A stretch of 64,000 nt of DNA from contig JADKKC010000007.1 in NCBI GenBank assembly GCA_016720685.1, forward strand, positions 15,426 to 79,425. The letters run 5' to 3'. Under the pieces are notes generated by a model, which was given only the letters and a program-made list of their open reading frames with translations, was not told where the DNA came from and ran no database searches. A program made the translations under genes and the position numbers. Numbering within the stretch: position 1 is the first letter of the stretch; each line of letters opens with the position of its first letter. Below, piece after piece: positions 51,089-60,329 of this stretch. The stretch comes from Zoogloea sp. GTDB taxonomy: Bacteria; Pseudomonadota; Gammaproteobacteria; Burkholderiales; Rhodocyclaceae.

Positions 51089-52018
51089 TTACCGACCCCA
51101 CCCTGCTACACCGAACAGCGCCAGCAACATAAAAGCCAGCACAAGCGTACGCCAGACAAGGCCGATAGTGCTCTGCATAAAATCGGCATCAGCTTCATCG
51201 CCAACACCCATCTCAGGACGTTCAACCACTTCGCCCGATTCAAAAATCGGCATTCCGAGCTTTACGCCCAAGGCACCGCCACCACTGGCGAGCAGTATAC
51301 CGGAAGCCTTATCCTTCCATTGATTTGCCTGCGCACGCCAGCAATAAACACCGTCCTCAAAATCCCCGACGATCGAAAATGCTGCCGCCGTCAGGCGTAC
51401 AGGGATCCAATCCAGAGCGAAAAACGCCTTTTTAGCGAATGAACCGAAATCGCCAAAATCCGGCCTACCCGCCAGACGAACGCCCCACTCATCATCAAAG
51501 AAGCGGGCAAGCCGGTAGAGAACGGCACCGCTTGGCCCAGGCAACACAATGAACCAGAGAATAACTCCGAAGACGTTGCGATGTGCGGCTACCAAAGCCT
51601 CTTCGATGGCCAGCCGGGCAACTTCGCTGGAGCTGGAGTCCTCGTGGGAACGACCGCGCCATTCACCGATCAACTGACGGGCACGGGCAAGCTCGCCCAT
51701 CTGCAGCGCCAGCTGGATATCGGTAAAAAAATGACTCACCTGTCGAAATCCTGTGGTCAGGTAGAGCACAAGGATATTAAAGACCAGGGCAAAGGCGGGA
51801 TGGAGATGCCACAGTACAAAATAAATCAGAGCCGACACGAAGCAAGCCGACAGGATCGCCACCCACCAGGCGACTGCGCCGTGGCGCGCCTCGCCGTCAT
51901 TGAAGCGATCTTCGAGAAAACGCGCAAAGACGCGTAACGGCGCCTGGACGAAACGCTCAACGGGAAGCGGGCGAAGTTGCTCTATGAGCAGTGCGACGAT
52001 CAGCGAAAACAGGGTCAT
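51089..52018 (-). CDS. CobD/CbiB family membrane protein (AmpE-like)
   Basis: 309 aa. N-terminus MTLFSLIVALLIEQLRPLP, LDWIPVRLTA motif and several TM helices. The family call rests on resemblance to AmpE/CobD. Confidence 0.65.
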   Translation of the reverse strand: MTLFSLIVALLIEQLRPLPVERFVQAPLRVFARFLEDRFNDGEARHGAVAWWVAILSACFVSALIYFVLWHLHPAFALVFNILVLYLTTGFRQVSHFFTDIQLALQMGELARARQLIGEWRGRSHEDSSSSEVARLAIEEALVAAHRNVFGVILWFIVLPGPSGAVLYRLARFFDDEWGVRLAGRPDFGDFGSFAKKAFFALDWIPVRLTAAAFSIVGDFEDGVYCWRAQANQWKDKASGILLASGGGALGVKLGMPIFESGEVVERPEMGVGDEADADFMQSTIGLVWRTLVLAFMLLALFGVAGWGR

Positions 52019-52109
52019 GCGTCAGGGGGCTTTGGGAGCCCTCGTAGTTCAGGCCTATTGGGGACGGTCCAAGATACCACCAAACGGATCCAACACAAAT
52101 GGCGTTCGC

Positions 52110-52715
52110 TCAACGACACAGGAAGCGATGAAGACTGACCAGCATGCCCGCCGTTGCTCCCCATATAAAGTAGTCCCCGTAAGGCATTGCGTAATATTCC
52201 CGGCGGACTCCCTGCACATCCACGGAATGACGCTGGTGGTTCATGGTGTTGAGCAGAAATGAAAGCGGAACCTCAAACGCTTCCGCCACTTCGAACGCAT
52301 CCAGGGCAAGCTCGAATGGCGGAGTGACGAGACCGACTACCGGCGTGATCTCGAAGCCGGTAATGGTTCGATAGCAGGGGAGGCAGCCGAGAAGCTCAAT
52401 GTGACCGCGCCTGAGCGATATCTCCTCTTCCGTTTCCCGCAGCGCGGTCTCTACAGGCGAACGATCTTGCGCCTCGACCCGGCCACCCGGAAAGCTGACC
52501 TGCCCTGGATGATGGTGAAGATGATCCGTGCGCCGGGTTAATAGAACCGTAGGTTCGGGCTCGTGCAAAACAATCGGAACCAAGACAGCTGCCGGAATCA
52601 GCGGGCCGGCCGGAACGCCCTCCTCCTGCGGCGAGTCACCGACAGGCTGCGCAGCAAAGCGCTTTCTCAGCCATTCTGCAGTGGGAACCCTATATGTCGA
52701 AGCTGCAGTTTTCAT
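52110..52715 (-). CDS. NUDIX hydrolase, CoA pyrophosphatase-like
   Basis: The Nudix box is GGRVEAQDRSPVETALRETEEEISL. LLTRR...HPGQVSFPGG upstream of it is typical of the NudL family. Confidence 0.8.
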   Translation of the reverse strand: MKTAASTYRVPTAEWLRKRFAAQPVGDSPQEEGVPAGPLIPAAVLVPIVLHEPEPTVLLTRRTDHLHHHPGQVSFPGGRVEAQDRSPVETALRETEEEISLRRGHIELLGCLPCYRTITGFEITPVVGLVTPPFELALDAFEVAEAFEVPLSFLLNTMNHQRHSVDVQGVRREYYAMPYGDYFIWGATAGMLVSLHRFLCR

Positions 52716-52727
52716 GGATTTGATCTA

Positions 52728-53420
52728 TCAATAACGCTGCTTCAGCAGAAGGGATGAACCATCACGACGCATTTCCATACGATTGAGAAAGCTCATTCCG
52801 AGCAGTGCAATGGGCATGTCGTTGGCGTGAACAACTCCGTCGACATTGCGAAGAGTGACATCGCCGATCCGAACGGTGTCCAGCGAAACGCGCCAGGCGC
52901 GAACCACCCCGTTGGCTGTTTGCATCAAGGCCGGCTCGCCCTTCGTAAAATCGACCCCAGCCTTAAGCGCATCGCTGCGTCCGAGGGAAACGAAAGTCGC
53001 TCCCGTATCAACGAGGAAGAGCATTGATGCACCATTCACGGCGCCCGTTGATCTGTACTGACCGCGCCCATCAGACTGAATGGTAACCACGGGCGCGCCA
53101 CCTGTCGCCCCGGCGCTGCTGATGATGTTAACCGCACGCTCGCCGACAAAAAGCCTGTGACGGCGACCGTCGAAGTCGACCGTCGCGCCATCCCCTTCCA
53201 CGGCAACAATTCGAACGCCTTCCTGTGTTGTAGTTCCCACATTGACCGCCCGGGGTGCGCCACCGTTGACGACAATCAGCGCCTTCCCGGGAAAAACCCC
53301 TGCCAACGCGACATCGGTCGCCGCGGAGCCACCAGACAGGCAAGCCATTATCAAGCCGCAACAGCAGCGTTGAAAGGCAAGGTCTGAACGTTGAATCAAA
53401 CCGTGAAGTGAAGTCGCCAT
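52728..53420 (-). CDS. retropepsin-like (clan AA) aspartic protease
   Basis: FLVDTGATFVSL active-site motif and a C-terminal ALLGMSFL flap-like region. Confidence 0.72.
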   Translation of the reverse strand: MATSLHGLIQRSDLAFQRCCCGLIMACLSGGSAATDVALAGVFPGKALIVVNGGAPRAVNVGTTTQEGVRIVAVEGDGATVDFDGRRHRLFVGERAVNIISSAGATGGAPVVTIQSDGRGQYRSTGAVNGASMLFLVDTGATFVSLGRSDALKAGVDFTKGEPALMQTANGVVRAWRVSLDTVRIGDVTLRNVDGVVHANDMPIALLGMSFLNRMEMRRDGSSLLLKQRY

Positions 53421-53503
53421 TTGCCTGGACAGGTAGGAGGACGCTCACGTATTTTGCCATAGCCGGCCCTCTTCCCCGCCGCCCTCAGAATGAAGACGCG
53501 CAG

Positions 53504-53540
53504 CCATGAAAAAACCAGCCCTCGAGCTGGTTTTTCATGG
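53504..53540. terminator. hairpin terminator downstream of the yjfB-like gene
   Basis: CCATGAAAAAACCAGC-CCTCGA-GCTGGTTTTTCATGG. Confidence 0.7.
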
Positions 53541-53555
53541 CGAACAGAGACACGC

Positions 53556-53744
53556 TCAAGCGTAGGTATTGATCGTCCTGCCTACCGTCGCAGCGGGATC
53601 TGGCGTTTGTGCGGGCTGCGGGAGCCCAGCGATCATCTGCGCGGCGCTGGCCTGCTGCTGGTCCAGCACCTTGCGCAGCATTGCGACCGACACAGCATCC
53701 TTGGTGTGAACTTGGGATGTCGAAGCGACAGATGCGAGGTTCAT
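53556..53744 (-). CDS. YjfB-like putative motility protein (62 aa)
   Basis: MNLASVASTSQVHTKDAVSVAMLRKVLDQQQASAAQMI resembles the YjfB family signature. Confidence 0.6.
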   Translation of the reverse strand: MNLASVASTSQVHTKDAVSVAMLRKVLDQQQASAAQMIAGLPQPAQTPDPAATVGRTINTYA

Positions 53745-53753
53745 GGTCGGAAA

Positions 53754-54239
53754 TCAATCCCTGAAGTTGCCGTACTGCAAAGGATAGTCGGTGATTTCCT
53801 TGCGCACCAGGGCGATACAGTCTTGCAGGAGATCGCGCTTAGCACCGGTGACGCGCACGGCTTCACCCTGGATGCTGGCCTGAACCTTGAGCTTGCTGTC
53901 CTTGATGAGTTTGACGATTGCCTTGGACTGCTCCTGCTCGATACCGACACGCACCGTGAGTTCCTGCTTGACCTTGTTGCCGCCAACCTTCTGCACGTCG
54001 CCATGCTTGAGACAGCGCACATCGATCTTCTTGCCGGTCATCTCGGGCAGCAACAAGGCCAGCATCTGCTCAAGCTGAAAATCGCTGTCGCCGAAAAGGG
54101 TCAGCAACTTTTCGCTTTGGTCGACACGGGCGTCGCTACCCTTGAAGTCGTAGCGGCCGGCAATCTTGCGATTGGTGCCTTCAACAGCATTTCTCAGAGC
54201 AACCTGATCGACTTCGGAGGTGATATCGAAAGACGGCAT
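53754..54239 (-). CDS. yajQ: YajQ family nucleotide / cyclic-di-GMP-binding protein
   Basis: ATG at 54239 gives MPSFDITSEVDQVALRNAVEGTNRKIAGRYDFKGS... (161 aa). This matches YajQ end to end. Confidence 0.9.
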   Translation of the reverse strand: MPSFDITSEVDQVALRNAVEGTNRKIAGRYDFKGSDARVDQSEKLLTLFGDSDFQLEQMLALLLPEMTGKKIDVRCLKHGDVQKVGGNKVKQELTVRVGIEQEQSKAIVKLIKDSKLKVQASIQGEAVRVTGAKRDLLQDCIALVRKEITDYPLQYGNFRD

Positions 54240-54253
54240 CGCGCGGCTCCCGC

Positions 54254-54577
54254 TCAGCCGAAGTAACAGACGTAATGGTAGGGCTCGCCAATCACTTCGA
54301 TGTCGAAGCTGGAATTTCCCGGCACCTTGAAGCTCTCCCCGGCGGCCGAGGTTGTCCACTCGGTTTCACCCTTGAGGCGGTAGCGACAGGCGCCGGCGAC
54401 GGTTTCCATCACCTCAGGCTCCCCGGTATTGAAGGTCAGGCTAGCGGGCAGGACGACACCAATGGTCTTCTTGCTGCCATCGGCAAACAGCACGGTGTGA
54501 CTGACGCACTTGCCATCGAAGTAAACGTTGGCTTGCTTGACGACGGACACGCCGTCGAATTGGGTCGATTGGGTCAT
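54254..54577 (-). CDS. ppnP: pyrimidine/purine nucleoside phosphorylase PpnP (DUF1255)
   Basis: [29 protein letters not shown]...YVCYFG. An alternative TTG start lies at 54595. Confidence 0.85.
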   Translation of the reverse strand: MTQSTQFDGVSVVKQANVYFDGKCVSHTVLFADGSKKTIGVVLPASLTFNTGEPEVMETVAGACRYRLKGETEWTTSAAGESFKVPGNSSFDIEVIGEPYHYVCYFG

Positions 54578-54598
54578 TTTTTCAGTTCTGGTCAAAAG

Positions 54599-54832
54599 TC
54601 ATTCGATGCCAAGCAGTCTCTGGATGATGCTTTTGGCCGCGAAGCCGATGAACCCGACTCCAAGACCAACAAACATCCAGATTGCGCCGTACTTGCCCGC
54701 CTTGGACTCAAAGGCGAGCTGGCCAATGATGAAAATCATGTAAGCGATCAACCCTCCCACGCAGAGCTTGAGGGAAATGTCCTCGAACTCTGCGACGGTA
54801 AGCCCGAAGAGCAGCGGTGCGCTGGGATCCAT
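54599..54832 (-). CDS. small membrane protein (DUF2788-like)
   Basis: 77 aa with two or three hydrophobic helices. It fills the gap between ppnP and argG. Confidence 0.55.
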   Translation of the reverse strand: MDPSAPLLFGLTVAEFEDISLKLCVGGLIAYMIFIIGQLAFESKAGKYGAIWMFVGLGVGFIGFAAKSIIQRLLGIE

Positions 54833-54843
54833 AATTTCCTGGA

Positions 54844-55716
54844 TCAGCCCCGTTTGGATTTCGCGTTGGAGGCGATGCGCATGCGCAGCGCGTTCAGCCG
54901 GATGAAGCCGTGAGCATCCTTCTGGTTGTAGGCGCCTTGGTCGTCTTCGAAGGTAGCGATAGTCGGATCGAACAGGGAGTCGGTCTTTTCATCTTCGTGC
55001 CGTTGATGGACACGAGATCACCCTTCTCGAACTCCAGGTCCAGGTATTCAGCAGCATCCGGCGCCGCTTCGGGCGACACGGTCCAGCGCCACATGGACTC
55101 CTCGGCTTCGGCCGACGGGTCTTCCAGGTGACGGCCTTCCAAAGGAGATATGGAGCAGATTGGCGTCCATGGAGTACGGAGATCCGCCCTGCTTGTGCTT
55201 CATTTCGATGGGGATGCCGTTCTTCTCTGCGTAAGCCAGCAGTTTTTCGCGGGACAGCAGATCCCACTCGCGCCACGGGGCAATCACCTTGACGCCCGGC
55301 ATCAGCGCGTAGTAACCGAGTTCGAAGCGAACCTGGTCGTTGCCCTTGCCCGTAGCGCCGTGGGAAACCGCTTCGGCGCCGGTGGCACGGGCGATTTCGA
55401 TCTGGCGCTTGGCAATCAGCGGGCGTGCAATGGAGGTGCCGAGCAGGTACTCGCCCTCATAAACCGTGTTGCAGCGGAACATCGGGAACACGAAATCACG
55501 GACGAACTCTTCGCGGAGATCGTCGATGAAGATGTTTTCCGGCTTGATACCGAACTGCAGAGCCTTGGCACGGGCCGGCTCCAGCTCTTCGCCCTGACCG
55601 AGGTCGGCCGTGAAGGTAACCACTTCACATTGATAGGTATCCTGCAGCCACTTGAGGATAACCGACGTATCCAGCCCGCCCGAGTACGCCAGTACAACCT
55701 TATTTACTTCGCTCAT
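54844..55716 (-). pseudogene. argG: argininosuccinate synthase, disrupted (1-nt insertion plus internal out-of-frame deletion of roughly 115-120 codons)
   Basis: The N-terminus [25 protein letters not shown]...[10 protein letters not shown] is in ORF 55048..55716. The frame shifts at CC 55139..55140 into (Y)[24 protein letters not shown]...VSINGTKM (ORF 54894..55142). Around 54985..54996 it then jumps directly into the conserved C-terminus [41 protein letters not shown] (stop 54844). The whole span is 873 nt, against ~1.2 kb for a type I ArgG. Confidence 0.88.
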
Positions 55717-55766
55717 GTCCTGCTTTCTGCTAATGAGTAGATGAGTCTTGAATTGATTGCTGCGCC

Positions 55767-56699
55767 TCAGGCGCAGTCACCTTCGATCTTGCCAATCAGG
55801 AGAAATTCCATCAGCGCCTTCTGCGCGTGCAGACGGTTTTCCGCCTCGTCCCACACCACCGATTGAGGGCCGTCGATCACTTCCGCGGAAACCTCTTCAC
55901 CCCGGTGAGCGGGCAGACAATGCATGAAGACGGCGCCAGGATTGGCAACCTTCATCATGTCCTCGTCCACTTGCCAATCGGCAAAGTCGCGCATCCGCTC
56001 TTCGTTCTCCGCTTCGAAACCCATGCTGGTCCATACATCGGTAGTCACCAGGTCTGCCCCCCGACAGGCTTCCATCGGATCGTCGAAATGGGCGAAGTGT
56101 CCCGTACCGATCAGCCCTGCCCGCTCGGGCTCGACTTCGTAGCCTGGCGGAGTTGACACGCGCACCTGGAAATCCAGCACTTCGGCGGCTTGCAGCCAGG
56201 TGTTGCAGACATTGTTGGAATCCCCGACCCACGCCACCGTCTTGCCCTGGATCGGGCCGCGGTGTTCGATAAAGGTGAAGATGTCCGCCAGGATCTGGCA
56301 CGGGTGGTATTCGTTCGTCAGGCCATTGATCACCGGCACGCGGGAATATTCGGCGAAACGCTCGATGATCGACTGCTCGAAGGTGCGGATCATCACAATG
56401 TCGCTCATCCGGGAGATCACCTGGGCGGCATCCTCGACGGGCTCACCGCGCCCGAGCTGCGAGTCGCGGGTATTCAGGTAGATGGCCGAGCCACCCAACT
56501 GCTGCATGCCTGCCTCGAAAGAAAGGCGCGTCCGCGTGCTCGCCTTCTCGAAAATCATCACCAGCGTACGGTCGAACAACGGGTGATGAGGCTCGTACCG
56601 CTTGAACCTGTCCTTGATCCACCGCGTGCGGGAAAAAAGGTAGTCGTACTCGGCGCGAGAAAAATCTTTGAACTGTAAGTAGTGTCTCGGTGCGTTCAT
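55767..56699 (-). CDS. argF: ornithine carbamoyltransferase
   Basis: 310 aa with the [13 protein letters not shown] (STRTR) and [11 protein letters not shown] motifs. Confidence 0.9.
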   Translation of the reverse strand: MNAPRHYLQFKDFSRAEYDYLFSRTRWIKDRFKRYEPHHPLFDRTLVMIFEKASTRTRLSFEAGMQQLGGSAIYLNTRDSQLGRGEPVEDAAQVISRMSDIVMIRTFEQSIIERFAEYSRVPVINGLTNEYHPCQILADIFTFIEHRGPIQGKTVAWVGDSNNVCNTWLQAAEVLDFQVRVSTPPGYEVEPERAGLIGTGHFAHFDDPMEACRGADLVTTDVWTSMGFEAENEERMRDFADWQVDEDMMKVANPGAVFMHCLPAHRGEEVSAEVIDGPQSVVWDEAENRLHAQKALMEFLLIGKIEGDCA

Positions 56700-57293
56700 G
56701 GCACTCGTTCTTGGTTATGGTTCTGTCGGACCCGATGAGGCCTGGTCTGACATACCGCGCGCCACGCCCGGAACTCGAAAAGCCCCGTCGGCAAAAAGGC
56801 GAAACGGCAGCTCACGCCGCCGTTTTAGATCCCGTATTAGACGCATGATCCTAATTCAAAACAGGCCTCTTGTACAGTCGTAGCCCGCTCGGCACGGGAG
56901 GCAGGTGAAGCGCCGGCGACGGCAACCCTTGCGGAGCATACGGCAGCACTTCAGCGGTCACTGAAGTAATTCACAAATGTGGTTACATGACCGTGCCAAC
57001 ATCATGATCATTTGCTACCCTTCGCGGGCCCTCAAAATGGGGCTCGCGGGACGTATTTTGCGCGCTTGCTGTATCCGGCGGCAATGTATTCAGCCCTTAA
57101 CCAAGTCGGCTCAAGATACCTCGCCAGCCTGGCAGATCGTTTCCGGCAAACAACCGCCCGCGCGCCGACAATTATGTCCGCGCCGGCGTTTTCTGGAGCG
57201 ACTACCCTTGTCCGAACCTCAATCAACACGCCGGACGCGGCATCAGCTTTTTCCGATCGCTCGGCCCAACTCCTCCGAAGGCGCTGCATACCC

Positions 57294-59093
57294 ATGATTC
57301 GCGGCTTTATTGATTTCGACAATCTCGACCGGACCCTGGTCTTCGATCGCCTCCCCCTGGATCAGGGCATCTCGCTGCCCGGGCTCAAGCTTGAACTGGG
57401 CGGCACCGGTATCGGTGTGTTTGCCCGCAACCATCAGGCCCTGCTCGTCCTGGGCCAGCCCCGCATCCGTGATGCAGGCCTCGCCGGCCTCGTGGAACGC
57501 GACGGCTGGGCCGCGTCGATTCCGCAGCTGTGCGACGCCCCCGATGAATTCCTCGGCAAGCTCGCAGGACGTTTTGCCCTGCTCTGGCTGGATACGGCAA
57601 AGGGAAAGATCGGCTTTGCTTCCGACCGCTTCAATACTTACGGCTTCTGCTATGCAAGCGAAGGCCGCCGCCTCAGCTTTGCCGACAGGGCCAACGAAGT
57701 GCCAGCCCTTGAGCGGGAACTCGACCCCCAAAGTATTTTCGACTACCTCTACTTCCACACCATTCCAGCGCCCGGCACCATTTTCAAGGGTGTGTTCCGG
57801 CTGGAGCCGGGCGCGCGCCTGGTGGCCGACCGGGAGCGCACCCAGCTTGCGGCGTGGTGGCAGCCGCGCTTCGACGAGCCTTCCGACGCCGACTTCAAGA
57901 CCAGCGTCGACTCGTTCAAGAGTCTGATCAAGACGGCCATCGAACGCGAGCTGGATGGCACCCCGGTGGGCGCCTTCCTCTCCGGCGGCACCGACAGCTC
58001 CACCGTCGTCGGCATGCTCAGCCGCAGCGGCAACCCTGTCACCGCCTATTCGATCGGCTTTGAAGCCGAAGGCTACGACGAGATGGAGTTCGCCCGGATC
58101 GCCGCCAAGCATTTCGGCGTCACGCACCGACCCTATTACATTACTTCGGACGACCTCGTCGCCAACATTCCGGCAGTCGCCGCGTCCTACGACCAGCCTT
58201 TCGGCAACTCGTCGGTACTTCCGGCCTACCTGTGCGCCAAGCTCGCCCACGACGACGGCTTTGGAAAAATGTTTGCCGGTGACGGCGGCGACGAACTGTT
58301 CGGCGGCAACACCCGCTACGCCAAGCAGCGCGTGTTCGGGTACTACGAAAAGGTACCCGGCCTTATCAAGGGCGGCCTGCTTGAACCGGTCATCATGCAG
58401 ACGCCGCTGGGCAAGCTGCCCCTGATGCGCAAGGCCGCCAGCTACATCGAGCAGGCCAACACCCCGCTTCCCGACCGAACCGCACAGTACAACCTGCTCT
58501 ACCGATTGGGCATTGAAAACATTTTTCCCGCCACGCTGCTTGCGGGCGTGGATACCGAAGCACCGATCCGTCTCCAGCGACGCGTCTGGCAGGGTGTCAA
58601 TGCCCACGCACTCGTCAACAAGATGCTCGGCTTCGACTGGCGCTTCACGCTGGCCGACAACGATCTTCCCAAGGTCATCGGCAGCGCCCGACTCGCCGGC
58701 ATCAACGCCATCTTCCCGCTGATCGACGACGACCTCCTGGATTTCTCGCTCAAGCTGCCGCCGGAATACAAGCTCAAGGGTCTGCAGCTACGCTGGTTCT
58801 TCAAGGAAGCGCTGAAGGATTTCCTGCCGCCGGAAATCATCACCAAGAAGAAACAGGGCTTCGGCCTGCCCTTCGGGCACTGGGTATTGAAGAATCCGGC
58901 CCTCGAAAAGCTCGCACGCGAATCCGTCGACATTCTGGTCGAGCGCAACATTCTGCGCAGGGAGTTCGTTTCCGAGCTATTCACCACTCACCTGCCGGCC
59001 TTCCCGGGTTATTACGGCGAAATGGTGTGGATTTCGATGATGCTGGGGCAGTGGCTGTCCCAGCACGCGCCTTCCGCAAAGGCATCATCCTGA
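57294..59093 (+). CDS. asparagine synthetase B family protein lacking the N-terminal Cys nucleophile
   Basis: PP-loop FLSGGTDSS and the asparagine-synthase C-terminal domain. The most plausible start, MIRGFIDFDN (57294), has no Met-Cys. The frame is open upstream to 57012, so the start is uncertain. Confidence 0.75.
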   Translation: MIRGFIDFDNLDRTLVFDRLPLDQGISLPGLKLELGGTGIGVFARNHQALLVLGQPRIRDAGLAGLVERDGWAASIPQLCDAPDEFLGKLAGRFALLWLDTAKGKIGFASDRFNTYGFCYASEGRRLSFADRANEVPALERELDPQSIFDYLYFHTIPAPGTIFKGVFRLEPGARLVADRERTQLAAWWQPRFDEPSDADFKTSVDSFKSLIKTAIERELDGTPVGAFLSGGTDSSTVVGMLSRSGNPVTAYSIGFEAEGYDEMEFARIAAKHFGVTHRPYYITSDDLVANIPAVAASYDQPFGNSSVLPAYLCAKLAHDDGFGKMFAGDGGDELFGGNTRYAKQRVFGYYEKVPGLIKGGLLEPVIMQTPLGKLPLMRKAASYIEQANTPLPDRTAQYNLLYRLGIENIFPATLLAGVDTEAPIRLQRRVWQGVNAHALVNKMLGFDWRFTLADNDLPKVIGSARLAGINAIFPLIDDDLLDFSLKLPPEYKLKGLQLRWFFKEALKDFLPPEIITKKKQGFGLPFGHWVLKNPALEKLARESVDILVERNILRREFVSELFTTHLPAFPGYYGEMVWISMMLGQWLSQHAPSAKASS

Positions 59094-59097
59094 CAGA

Positions 59098-59134
59098 CGA
59101 GCTTGCCGCGAGCGCAGATGCCGCGGCAAGCTCG
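59098..59134. terminator. 13-bp-stem hairpin between convergent genes
   Basis: CGAGCTTGCCGCG-N11-CGCGGCAAGCTCG. Confidence 0.65.
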
Positions 59135-59145
59135 CGTCGTGCATT

Positions 59146-60189
59146 TCAGGCCATCTGTTTCTTCAGCGCCGCAAGCTCCACCAGCGTCTCGGCAAGCGCC
59201 GATTCGGCCCGCTGGGCGCGAGCGGTTTCGGCAAGACGAACTTCCTCCACGGCGCGGGCCCGCGCCTCGGCCGCGGCAACGGCAGACTCCTTGCCGTGGG
59301 CAGCCTCGCTGGCCGTCTTCAACTGAACCTGCAGACGTTCGATGCGCCCCTCGGCGGCGGCGAGCGAGGTCTCGATCTGGCGCGTACGGGACACCGCTTC
59401 GCGCAAGGCCGCACGTGCCTCCTCGGTTTGCTCGCGCTGGCGAGTCTCCCGCTCTTCCCGGTTGGCCAGTTGCTGGCGCATGGCGATGATGTCGGACAGT
59501 TTCTCCTGGCGCGCCAGGTCAACCTGCTTCAGCAACATTTCGCGTTCCTGGGCGCTACGGTCCTGCTCCTCTTTCAAGGATGCACCGTAGCGATCGCGGT
59601 CGGTTTGCAGGAGCCGGGTCAGCCGCTCGGATTCCGCTGCAAATTTCTGCTCGCGCACTTCGGCCGCGTCTTCAAGCTGCTTGAGCCGGTTCTCCAGCCC
59701 CTCCAGCTGACGCAGAAACTCCAGCGCCTGGCTGCGCAAGTCGGCGATGGTGCTGTCGCGGCTGAGCACAGCCTGCTCGAAGGATTTGACCTGCTGTGAG
59801 GCAGCGCCCGCCTCCACCTCAAGCTGCAGGATTCGATCCTGAGCCTGCCTGAGCTGGGCGCGAAAAGCTTCACGCTCCTGCTCCAGATCCTGACGCTGGG
59901 TCGCAAATATTTGATCGGCGTGCTGCAGCGACAGGGACCACACCTTGCCCATGAAGACATCCGCAGCCGAAACCAGCTCGTCCGGCATGCCCGGAATGCT
60001 CCGCTGGCGAAAGAAGGCCTCGCCGGTTTCGCGACGCCACTGATCGATGTAGCGCTGGACGATCTCGCTCGAGCCCTTGTTGCCAAGCTCGGCGTACACA
60101 AGGTTGAACGAAGGATTCTCTCCCTGGGAGAGCAACTGGAAGCAAATCTGCTCGACCGCCTCGAAAGAAACACTGCTGCTGCGCGCCAT
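59146..60189 (-). CDS. KfrA-like DNA-binding protein with long coiled coil
   Basis: 347 aa. The N-terminal ~90 aa (VSFEAVEQICFQLLSQGENPSFNLVYAELGNKGSSEIVQRYIDQWRRE) resemble the KfrA N-terminal DNA-binding domain. The rest is E/R/Q/A/L-rich heptad coiled coil. Confidence 0.65.
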   Translation of the reverse strand: MARSSSVSFEAVEQICFQLLSQGENPSFNLVYAELGNKGSSEIVQRYIDQWRRETGEAFFRQRSIPGMPDELVSAADVFMGKVWSLSLQHADQIFATQRQDLEQEREAFRAQLRQAQDRILQLEVEAGAASQQVKSFEQAVLSRDSTIADLRSQALEFLRQLEGLENRLKQLEDAAEVREQKFAAESERLTRLLQTDRDRYGASLKEEQDRSAQEREMLLKQVDLARQEKLSDIIAMRQQLANREERETRQREQTEEARAALREAVSRTRQIETSLAAAEGRIERLQVQLKTASEAAHGKESAVAAAEARARAVEEVRLAETARAQRAESALAETLVELAALKKQMA

Positions 60190-60329
60190 GATGCGATCCT
60201 CTGTTACACAATTGCAAAATACTGCAACATGAGGACATTAACATACGTATACGCCCGGAAAACGTAATATTCATGACGTTTTGTCGATTCCTTGGTCTTT
60301 CCGGAAATATGTCTTGAAAACAGGGCGGC

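Noticed and set aside
56700-59093. Lasso-peptide or similar RiPP cluster around the Cys-less AsnB homologue.
   Set aside because: No transglutaminase-like protease, no ABC exporter and no convincing precursor ORF lie adjacent. The upstream small ORFs are Arg-rich frame artefacts.
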